NCBI GenBank assembly: GCA_965214835.1
Contig: CBDCCK010000002.1
Coordinates: 1,344,001-1,408,000, forward strand
Length of the DNA stretch: 64,000 bases
From: Nitrosopumilaceae archaeon
GTDB lineage: Archaea > Thermoproteota > Nitrososphaeria > Nitrososphaerales > Nitrosopumilaceae
Direction: 5' to 3'
Made by a program: the position numbers and the translations under genes. Shown piece by piece: positions 29,151-37,310 of the stretch. The notes beneath the pieces are model-generated. The model was not told where the DNA came from and made no database searches. It worked only from the letters and a program-made list of their open reading frames with translations. Within the stretch, counting starts at the first letter, position 1. The number at the start of each line of letters is the position of its first letter.

Positions 29151-30755
29151 ATGAGAAGGCAAAAAAAGAAAGAAAAACAGACAAAAAAAGAAATTTCTTC
29201 AAAAAAACACACCAATGCAAAAGCAAAGGGGACGAATCCGAAAAACAGGATGACGAGTCCCAAAAAAACAATGACGAGTACCGACAAGACTGCAAACAAA
29301 AAGGGTACAAAAAGTCAGAGCAGCACAAGGAGCACCAGCCAGCTCAAAGAAAATGAAAATAAAAAAATAAATAAGAAAAAGACGATAAAGAATGCACCTG
29401 GTGGAAGAAGAATAGCTACACAATCCTCAAGATGTCTGTTGGAAGATGACGACGTACGTCGGTGGTACGAAAACATGAAGAGATCCAGCCAGCTTAATGC
29501 CGCCGTACGCCTGAGGAGGCTTAATCTGTTCTGTTACAGGTTGAAGACAACGCCTGCAACCCTTGCCCGGACGGGAAAGGAGGATCCCAAAAGGATAGAG
29601 GACATGCTGATGGATCACGTATCCTGGATGGAATCACAGAATTTCTCTTCCGGATACATAGACGGCATGATAAAGTCAATCAAGGGATGGCTGGTCCACA
29701 ACCGAATAGAAATCAAAAGCAAGATAAAGATATCCAACATGGGAATTTGTCCCACGCTTGAAAAGGAAAAGGTGCCAGAGCAGGAGCAGCTGCACCAGAT
29801 GCTGGAAAACGGCAACGTGCGCCAGAGGGCAATATTGAGCCTCATGGCCTTTTCGGGAGTAAGGCCACAGGTACTGGGACTTGCCGACAGGAGTGACGGG
29901 CTATGTCTCAAGGATCTGCCCGAGCTTGTCATAGAGAATAAGGGAAAAAGAGTCAGATTCACAAACATGCCCACAATGGTGGTGGTCCGACAGTCCCTGA
30001 GCAAGACCAGGAACAAGTACGTGACGTTTTTGATAGAGGAGGGGTGCCAGCACCTGCTGAAATATCTCGAACACAGGATATCTGCCGGGGAAAAACTCTG
30101 TCCGGACTCTCCTGTCATAACGCTTGAGAGGCAAAACTCACGCAAAAGACGCAGGGAGGATCCGGATGTCAAGACATTCGTGGTCACAGCATCCATATCC
30201 CGTACGGCAAAAAAAGCGATGAAGCCGATAGTAGATTCAAGGCCATACACGCTGCGATCCTACTTTGACACCCAGTTACTGCTTGCCGAAAGCCATGGCT
30301 GCATGGCAGATGCCTATCGGGTGTTCTTTATGGGGCACAAGGGGGACATCGAGGCAAGATACACGGTAAACAAGGGCCGTCTTACAGAGCATATGAGAGA
30401 GGACATGCGCAGGGCATATGAGCAGAGCGGACTGTTTCTCTCCACTGACCCTGACAAGACGGATGAAAAGCACAAAAAAGACATGCTTTGTAAGCTATGG
30501 CGCAAGCAGGCAAAGATGTATGGAATCAATCCTGACAACATAATCAATTCAAAGCCGGATGCCCCACAGCCCAATGCTGCAGACAAGCCAAAAGAGTCGG
30601 CTACGGTACCAGGCAATGACGAACCGTCCGAATGCCGGATCATAGGGAGCGATGAGGAACTGGTGTACTATAGCTCAAACGGTTGGGAGATTGTAAAGGA
30701 GCTAAGCGACGGGCGATTCCTCATGCGCAGGTCTGGCAAGGGTTCAGGCAGCTAA
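29151..30755 (+). CDS. tyrosine recombinase / integrase
   Basis: FSGVRP (Arg), YTLRSYF, FFMGHKG...RY; Lys-rich N-terminus, true start uncertain. Confidence 0.9.
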   Translation: MRRQKKKEKQTKKEISSKKHTNAKAKGTNPKNRMTSPKKTMTSTDKTANKKGTKSQSSTRSTSQLKENENKKINKKKTIKNAPGGRRIATQSSRCLLEDDDVRRWYENMKRSSQLNAAVRLRRLNLFCYRLKTTPATLARTGKEDPKRIEDMLMDHVSWMESQNFSSGYIDGMIKSIKGWLVHNRIEIKSKIKISNMGICPTLEKEKVPEQEQLHQMLENGNVRQRAILSLMAFSGVRPQVLGLADRSDGLCLKDLPELVIENKGKRVRFTNMPTMVVVRQSLSKTRNKYVTFLIEEGCQHLLKYLEHRISAGEKLCPDSPVITLERQNSRKRRREDPDVKTFVVTASISRTAKKAMKPIVDSRPYTLRSYFDTQLLLAESHGCMADAYRVFFMGHKGDIEARYTVNKGRLTEHMREDMRRAYEQSGLFLSTDPDKTDEKHKKDMLCKLWRKQAKMYGINPDNIINSKPDAPQPNAADKPKESATVPGNDEPSECRIIGSDEELVYYSSNGWEIVKELSDGRFLMRRSGKGSGS

Positions 30756-30922
30756 CGATGAGCAAACCCCTCTGACTCCTGCCAAGTTCAGACCATCCCA
30801 CGTGTTTTCATGGTTTTGGATCATGTGCGTGGCAGCTTCCACGGTTTGTGAGCCCGCACGGACTTTCATGGCTTTTCAAATCCCCGTAATTCACAGGGTT
30901 TTCATCCCTGTGATCCCATGGG

Positions 30923-31022
30923 ACTTTCACTACTTTTCAAATCCATACTTTCCATACTTTCACTACTTTTCAAATCCATACTTTCCATACTTTCACTACT
31001 TTTCAAATCCATACTTTCACTA
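30923..31022. repeat. 33-bp tandem repeat, about 3 copies
   Basis: Unit ACTTTCACTACTTTTCAAATCCATACTTTCCAT. Confidence 0.9.
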
Positions 31023-31033
31023 TTTCTGATTCA

Positions 31034-31257
31034 ACATAGTGTAACTTTTCACTCCTCCAAAATGTACATAGTGTAACTTTTCACTCCTCCAAAATGTACA
31101 TAGTGTAACTTTTCACTCCTCCAAAATGTACATAGTGTAACTTTTCACTCCTCCAAAATGTACATAGTGTAACTTTTCACTCCTCCAAAATGTACATAGT
31201 GTAACTTTTCACTCCTCCAAAATGTACATAGTGTAACTTTTCACTCCTCCAAAATGT
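31034..31257. repeat. 32-bp tandem repeat, 7 perfect copies
   Basis: Unit ACATAGTGTAACTTTTCACTCCTCCAAAATGT. Confidence 0.97.
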
Positions 31258-31680
31258 AGCTTTTAGCTGTTTTTGGTTCTACAAAATGTAGCTTTTAGCT
31301 GTTTTTGGTTCTACAAAATGTAGCTTTTAGCTGTTTTTGGTTCTACAAAATGTAGCTTTTAGCTGTTTTTGGTTCTACAAAATGTAGCTTTTAGCTGTTT
31401 TTGGTTCTACAAAATGTAGCTTTTAGCTGTTTTTGGTTCTACAAAATGTAGCTTTTAGCTGTTTTTGGTTCTACAAAATGTAGCTTTTAGCTGTTTTTGG
31501 TTCTACAAAATGTAGCTTTTAGCTGTTTTTGGTTCTACAAAATGTAGCTTTTAGCTGTTTTTGGTTCTACAAAATGTAGCTTTTAGCTGTTTTTGGTTCT
31601 ACAAAATGTAGCTTTTAGCTGTTTTTGGTTCTACAAAATGTAGCTTTTAGCTGTTTTTGGTTCTACAAAATGTAGCTTTT
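31250..31680. repeat. 32-bp tandem repeat, 13 perfect copies plus a partial
   Basis: Unit CAAAATGTAGCTTTTAGCTGTTTTTGGTTCTA; inverted core AAAAGCTACATT at 31690-31701. Confidence 0.97.
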
Positions 31681-31940
31681 CACCCACTCAAAAGCTACAT
31701 TCTCACTATTTTTCCCGCATGCAGTTTCCGGCACTCGGCCTCGAACCTCTCGCATTACTTCACTAGACACAAAAACGAGACCAGCCAAGTCTCCTCCGGA
31801 TACCCTTCCGGGTCTCCCATCCACCGTACACGTCAGGCCCCCTCCGGGGCCTGAAACCAAACTCCCCCACAAAGGTCTTGAACGTCACATGTCGGACAGG
31901 CCGGATCAGAAATGTCAAAGTCATGTGTGGTTACCAAAAA

Positions 31941-32101
31941 AACCAAACCATAAACTCCCGGGCCCCCAGCGGGGTTCCTGATCCCCGGCAATCTTCTGGG
32001 ACGTCAGAGTCGTCCCAGTCCCCCATCTTTACCCGAGTGAAGGATTTCCTCAGACTCCATTGAACCAGACGGTCGTTTTTGGATCGACGAGATAAACCAT
32101 C
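31941..32101. repeat. copy 1 of a diverged ~160-nt hairpin-rich element
   Basis: Aligns with 32922-33083; stem CTGGGACG/CGTCCCAG at 31996-32018. Confidence 0.8.
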
Positions 32102-32497
32102 CCACGAACCAGGAAATTACCATGATTAATCACAGATGATTAACCTCAAAACTTCATAATAATCATGTCTGAAGAAGGGGCCGAGACTATCAGAAAATAT
32201 GACAGGAACCAAAAGCATGAAAAACAAAGCTGTAAACAGTCACAGGGAGTACGTAGGGTATAACATGGCAAAGTGGAAAAAGATGGGGTTTGGCAGGTGT
32301 TACGTATGGTCCAAAAGCCTCAAAACACATCAGATTCGCGCCTCCCTTGGGGATGAGGAGAAAAAAGACGAAGGTCGGTGTCTATTTGATACTGAATTTT
32401 CCAGGGCACTCATCTTGTGGGAGGCCTCTCCGGCGGGGAGCCTTCAAGCTTTTGTCTGCATTCCCTCATTGCCTCATCAAAGGCCCGTTCATGCCGG

Positions 32498-32710
32498 TCA
32501 ATGTCTGTAAGGTCCTTTTTTGAGACTCTTTCTACCGGATGTCAGCACGATCTTGTCGCCAAGGTCGTAGAACCGTATGTGCTCGCCTGATCTCAAACCT
32601 AGGCTTTGTACCATCACGGACGGAAAGACCACAAAAAATGAAGAGTTGCCCTTGATGGAGTCTTCGCTCATGTATCTTTTCCATGCCATCCGCAAATGCC
32701 GGAGATTCAT
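32498..32710 (-). CDS. AbrB/MazE/SpoVT-family DNA-binding protein
   Basis: GNSSFFVVFPSVMVQSLGLRSGEHIRFYDLGDKIVL swapped-hairpin pattern. Confidence 0.65.
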   Translation of the reverse strand: MNLRHLRMAWKRYMSEDSIKGNSSFFVVFPSVMVQSLGLRSGEHIRFYDLGDKIVLTSGRKSLKKGPYRH

Positions 32711-32721
32711 AGGACTCTGGT

Positions 32722-32861
32722 GCCAAAGGTGCCAAAAAATGGCGCCAAAGGTGCGTTTGGTACCTGTCACATAGGGGCCAAAGGTGCCAAAAAATGGCGC
32801 CAAAGGTGCGTTTGGTACCTGTCACATAGGGGCCAAAGGTGCCAAAAAATGGCGCCAAAGG
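32722..32861. repeat. 55-bp tandem repeat (about 2.5 copies) built from GCCAAA motifs
   Basis: GCCAAAGGTGCCAAAAAATGGCGCCAAAGG starts at 32722, 32777, 32832. Confidence 0.92.
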
Positions 32862-32921
32862 CCCCAATCTCTGAGGGCCAGTAACGGACTTTCGACTCGC
32901 ATTAATACACAAAACACGAAA

Positions 32922-33083
32922 AACGAAACCAAAAACTCCTGGGCCCCCAGACGGGGGCCCTTGACCCCCCACAACCTTCTGGGACGTGAGTCGTCCCAGT
33001 CCCTTATCTTTACCTGAATGAAAAATTCCCTCATACCCCATTGAACCAAACGACAGTCCACAGATCGACGAGATGAAATCATC
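32922..33083. repeat. copy 2 of the ~160-nt hairpin-rich element
   Basis: Stems GGGCCCCC/GGGGGCCC (32941-32960) and CTGGGACG/CGTCCCAG (32979-32999). Confidence 0.8.
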
Positions 33084-33102
33084 TTCCTGGACTGAAATTA
33101 TT

Positions 33103-33180
33103 AGACCTTGTGCGTATTTGCCAAAAATGACGTAAAAGATGCCTTATTTTTTTGATCTGCACCAATTACACACAAGGTCT
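33103..33180. mobile_element. 78-bp IS5-type MITE with 3-bp TSD
   Basis: TIR AGACCTTGTGCGTATTTG/CAATTACACACAAGGTCT, related to the IS at 41665; ATT on both sides. Confidence 0.8.
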
Positions 33181-33231
33181 ATTGGTGAAAGAATGGTTAA
33201 TTTACTGTTTTAGCCACAAAGCAATACAGGC

Positions 33232-34404
33232 ATGGTGTTCACAAAAGACATTTCCGATCTGACATTTTCAGACATCGAGTCGCTGCAGACCTACAAAATA
33301 GCAGAAAGTCACATGCTTGACTACAAGCAGCAACTCATTGATGACAAGAATCTGGTAAAGCATGTTGCGGCTTTTGCAAACACGGGTGGCGGATACATTG
33401 TATTTGGGATAAAGGAATCGGGTATGGGAGGGCATCCCGAATCAATTCCAGGCATTGATGCGTCTGAGATCAACAAGGAAAAAATGGAGCAAATCATACT
33501 TGGAAATATCTCGCCGCGAATACACGTAAGACTGAACGCAGTGGATCATAAAGAAGACGGAAAGCAGGTACTGGTTCTGCAAATACCAGACAGCCAATAC
33601 AAGCCACACTACAACAATAAAACTAACAAGTTTTACAAGAGGTTTGAGTTTGAGGCGGTCTGTATGATGGAGCAGGAGGTATCTGACGCATACAAGAGCC
33701 GATTTTACACAGCAGAGGAAGTTGAAGGATATCTGGCTAACATAAAGGATCCATTTGATAACGAAATGGGCATACTTGGTGAGATTATTGTAATCCCGTC
33801 TTTAACTGATAGGAGGATGATCGATACGGATGGCTACGAGAGATTCGAATGGCTACGCCCCCAGACTGTCAATCCGGAGCCCTCTGGTTGGAGTTATGCG
33901 CCGTCGTATAGCTTTGTGCCCGGATCCCCCAAACCATTCTCTGACGGCATAGAATGTAGTTCTGAAGCAGCTAAGACTAGGCTTATGCTACATAGGAATG
34001 GCTGTGTGCATTATTCTTTGGACTGTGGACAAAAATATGATGGTAGGATTTGGTTGCATGAGCGCTTGCTTGCTGTCAGAATGCTGCATACACTAAAATT
34101 CGCAGTATTGGCATTATCAAGATACAACTACTTTGGCGACGTAAGAATAAGAGTCAGACTGAGACTCAACTCTAAGCATGTCATGTCTATACGTAATTCT
34201 GAACTTCCCCCTGACGCGTTGGAAAAATTCAAGCAAGATAGAGGCATCCAAGTCAACCGGGAGCTTTCTACAGAGTATCTGGAGTCAAACCCCTCCAAGA
34301 TCACCGCCTCAATCATGAATGAGGTCTACAACAACTTTGGCGTATGGCGATGTCGGCTATTTGATGAAAATGGAGACATCAAGACGGATGCGTTTGATCG
34401 GTGA
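33232..34404 (+). CDS. Schlafen/AlbA_2 domain protein
   Basis: ESHMLDYK, VAAFANTGGGYIVFGI, KPH...FYKR. Confidence 0.88.
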   Translation: MVFTKDISDLTFSDIESLQTYKIAESHMLDYKQQLIDDKNLVKHVAAFANTGGGYIVFGIKESGMGGHPESIPGIDASEINKEKMEQIILGNISPRIHVRLNAVDHKEDGKQVLVLQIPDSQYKPHYNNKTNKFYKRFEFEAVCMMEQEVSDAYKSRFYTAEEVEGYLANIKDPFDNEMGILGEIIVIPSLTDRRMIDTDGYERFEWLRPQTVNPEPSGWSYAPSYSFVPGSPKPFSDGIECSSEAAKTRLMLHRNGCVHYSLDCGQKYDGRIWLHERLLAVRMLHTLKFAVLALSRYNYFGDVRIRVRLRLNSKHVMSIRNSELPPDALEKFKQDRGIQVNRELSTEYLESNPSKITASIMNEVYNNFGVWRCRLFDENGDIKTDAFDR

Positions 34405-34431
34405 TGCATGAGGGAACCAAAATAATTTGAT

Positions 34432-34523
34432 GTGGAAGGGATCTTCCCTTGAACCAATAGGCGTGAGCTTGCGTGCAACTGTGATTTTCGTGCCCAGACA
34501 GTTAGGTAGACGTGACCACATAC
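34432..34523. mobile_element. degenerate inverted copy of the 92-bp MITE
   Basis: Aligns by eye to the reverse complement of 44452-44543; no TSD retained. Confidence 0.55.
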
Positions 34524-34570
34524 TCGACCCACAATTGAAAGGCTATAAGGAACAAGGATTATCCAAATCC

Positions 34571-34738
34571 ATGGTCAAAGAGGTAATCGGCGGCAGGCCC
34601 GTGGATATCGAAAAGGAAGGCAGCGGGATCAAGATAGTCTTTCACCCCATTGCAAAGGGCGCCAAGCACCCTGATGCGGCAGTATTTTCGATAAAGCTAG
34701 GCAAGAAGGATATAGACACGCTCAAAAAACTGCTATAA
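34571..34738 (+). CDS. small basic hypothetical protein (55 aa)
   Basis: MVKEVIGGRPVDIEKEGSGIKIVFHP...; ATG 34571, just upstream of dndB. Confidence 0.65.
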   Translation: MVKEVIGGRPVDIEKEGSGIKIVFHPIAKGAKHPDAAVFSIKLGKKDIDTLKKLL

Positions 34739-34806
34739 ACATACTGCCAAAATCATAAAAGATACTGCAAAATAGGGTTTTTATACGTCCATTTTTTATA
34801 TAATTT

Positions 34807-35889
34807 ATGAGCGAATCTGAGGCAGGCTCGGTAAATTACAGTTTTGATGCCATTCGCGGAGTCCAGGCCAATCGCGTATACTATGTAGCAGTGTGCCCGA
34901 TGAAGACAATCCCGAAACTATTCATATTCAATGAACATGAGATTCCTGCAAAGATACGGGCCCAAAGGACGCTGCGAGAATCTAGGATTCCAGCCCTCAA
35001 GGACTATATTCTGAGCAATCCAGACGAGTACATCTTTTCATCGCTAACGGCATCAGTTGACGGAAACATGAAGTTCATTCCTGCACAGCATCTGGGTCCT
35101 GACGGCAAGATGGGCAAACTGCTCATTGACATGGAGTCGCGACTGCTCATAAACGACGGCCAGCACAGGCGCAAGGCAATAGAGGAGGCACTCAAAGAAA
35201 GGCCCGAGCTTGGAGGCGAGTCGATATCGGTGGTGTTCTTTGAGGACTCGGGGCTAAAACGCTCCCAGCAGATGTTTGCAGACCTGAACAAGAACGCAGT
35301 AAAGCCATCAAAATCACTTAACATTTTGTACGATAATCGTGATAAATATTCCCAGTTCGTTGTGGAAATGGCAGAGAGCCTGGAGATATTCCGAGACAGG
35401 GTTGAGCTTGAAAAAACCACCATAGGAAAACATGCCAAGGAGGTCTTTACACTTGGAGGGATATCCGATGCCACCAGGAAGCTCCTTGGCAAGGAATCAG
35501 TACGACGTCCCAGCAAGGAGCAAAAGGAGACAATCCTGGAATTTTGGAAGACTGTATCTGAGAATCTTCCAGAGTGGCAAATGCTGATCAAGGGCGACAT
35601 ATCCCCGGACGAGCTGAGGGCCAACTATGTCAACGCACACACGAACTGCATGAACTCGCTTGGAATGGCAGGAAAGGAGATAATCAAGCAGTATCCGGAC
35701 AGCTGGAAAAGAAGGCTCCGACCCCTGTCAAAAATCGACTGGTCACGCACAAACCCCATGTGGGACGGCAACCTCATACAAGGAAAAAAGATGGTTCGTA
35801 CGACCATCGGGATCGCGCTGGGAGCATGCGCCATACTTAGGGAATGCGGAGCTAAGATACCAAAGGCACTGGGGCAGTATGAGAAATGA
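34807..35889 (+). CDS. dndB: DNA sulfur modification protein DndB
   Basis: RAQR, YIFSSLTAS, INDGQHR, QQMFADLN. Confidence 0.92.
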   Translation: MSESEAGSVNYSFDAIRGVQANRVYYVAVCPMKTIPKLFIFNEHEIPAKIRAQRTLRESRIPALKDYILSNPDEYIFSSLTASVDGNMKFIPAQHLGPDGKMGKLLIDMESRLLINDGQHRRKAIEEALKERPELGGESISVVFFEDSGLKRSQQMFADLNKNAVKPSKSLNILYDNRDKYSQFVVEMAESLEIFRDRVELEKTTIGKHAKEVFTLGGISDATRKLLGKESVRRPSKEQKETILEFWKTVSENLPEWQMLIKGDISPDELRANYVNAHTNCMNSLGMAGKEIIKQYPDSWKRRLRPLSKIDWSRTNPMWDGNLIQGKKMVRTTIGIALGACAILRECGAKIPKALGQYEK

Positions 35890-37310
35890 CTTCCGTGTTT
35901 GACTCAAAACCACTTGAGAAGATATACGAGGAGATTCGCACTGTATACCTCAACGATTCCCGCCCGTGGGTTTTGGGATTCAGTGGGGGAAAGGACTCGA
36001 CCTGCATGGTGCAGCTTGTCTGGGGGGCTCTATCCGCACTACCTGCAGAAAAACTGGATAAAAAGATCTATGTCGTATCCTCTGATACCCTAGTAGAGTC
36101 GCCACAGATCGTAGAGCGCATAACCACGTCGCTGGACAAGATGGAAAAGGCCGCAAAAAAGTCATCCATTCCGATATCGACCAACCTCCTGAGACCCCCC
36201 ATTACCGACACGTTCTGGGTCAGGATTCTCGGCCTCGGATACCCAGCGCCCACCTCAATGTTTAGGTGGTGTACCGACATGCTCAAGATTGCAAACGCCG
36301 ACCGCTTTATCAAAAACAAGGTATCCGAGTACGGCGAGGTCATAGTGCTGCTGGGAACCCGCAAAAGCGAGAGCTCTACCCGGCAGCAGAGCATGAACCT
36401 GCTGGAGATTGAAAACAGCGTTTTGAGCCACCACAAGAAATTTGCCCAGACGTACGTGTATACCCCCCTGGTGGACTTTGAGACCGACGACGTCTGGAAC
36501 TATCTGCTGCAAAACAGGAATCCATGGGGGGACAACAACAGGGATCTTCTGGCCCTGTACCAGGACGCCAACGCCTCAGAGTGCCCCCTCGTAGTGGATA
36601 CCAGCACGCCGTCGTGCGGCAGCGGCAGGTTTGGCTGCTGGACTTGCACCGTGGTGGACAAGCAAAAGTCGCTTGACAGCATGATTGAGAACGGTCAGGA
36701 ATGGATGGAGCCACTAGCCGAGCTGCGCCACGAGCTAAAGCTTACACAGAATCCCGAGACATGGCCCAAGGTACGCCAGATAACGCGCAGAAACGGCCGG
36801 GTGGATCTGAAAAACGACGGATCCGACTATACGCCGGGCCCATACACGCTTGACTTTAGAAAGGAGTATCTACAAAAGCTGCTCAAGGGCCAGGTCAAGA
36901 TACAGAAGCATGATCCTGACATGGTCCTGATTTCCGAAGAGGAGATACACGAGATACAGCGCATCTGGAGGATGGAAAACGGCGACTGGCAGAACACGGC
37001 ATACGGGATTTACCATGATATAACGGGAATCCAGCTGGAATCCGTCACTGACGACACGGGGGGATTTGGCCACGACGAGCAGGCACTGCTTGAGCAGGTC
37101 TGCACCAAGCACAAGGTCCCGTACAAGATCGTAAGCAGCCTGCTAAATGCCGAGGTAGAGCTGCAGACGGGCTCGACGCACTCCAAGATATTTGATAGAA
37201 TCAAAAAGGAGCTTGCAAAGGAGTGGAGGGAAGACATCGACGAGATAAGGGCAGAGCTGTTCGAGCACAGGGATGCGGAGGCAAGGGTGAGGCCAAATGC
37301 GTTTAACTAG
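35886..37310 (+). CDS. dndC: phosphorothioation protein DndC (PAPS-reductase-like)
   Basis: SGGKDS, GYPAP...FRWCT, ECPLVVD...SCG..RFGCWTCT. Confidence 0.95.
   Translation: MTSVFDSKPLEKIYEEIRTVYLNDSRPWVLGFSGGKDSTCMVQLVWGALSALPAEKLDKKIYVVSSDTLVESPQIVERITTSLDKMEKAAKKSSIPISTNLLRPPITDTFWVRILGLGYPAPTSMFRWCTDMLKIANADRFIKNKVSEYGEVIVLLGTRKSESSTRQQSMNLLEIENSVLSHHKKFAQTYVYTPLVDFETDDVWNYLLQNRNPWGDNNRDLLALYQDANASECPLVVDTSTPSCGSGRFGCWTCTVVDKQKSLDSMIENGQEWMEPLAELRHELKLTQNPETWPKVRQITRRNGRVDLKNDGSDYTPGPYTLDFRKEYLQKLLKGQVKIQKHDPDMVLISEEEIHEIQRIWRMENGDWQNTAYGIYHDITGIQLESVTDDTGGFGHDEQALLEQVCTKHKVPYKIVSSLLNAEVELQTGSTHSKIFDRIKKELAKEWREDIDEIRAELFEHRDAEARVRPNAFN

Noticed and set aside
31034-31680. CRISPR array
   Set aside because: Units are head-to-tail identical with no unique spacers, and no cas genes are present.
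32049-32100. Conserved minus-strand micropeptide (LVD..T.VWFNGV) in the duplicated element
   Set aside because: Copy 2 has an in-frame TGA just upstream and no start codon.
32199-32523. ORFs 32199-32510 and 32290-32523 as a toxin partner for the AbrB-like gene
   Set aside because: No recognisable motif, and they converge on the AbrB-like gene rather than forming an operon with it.
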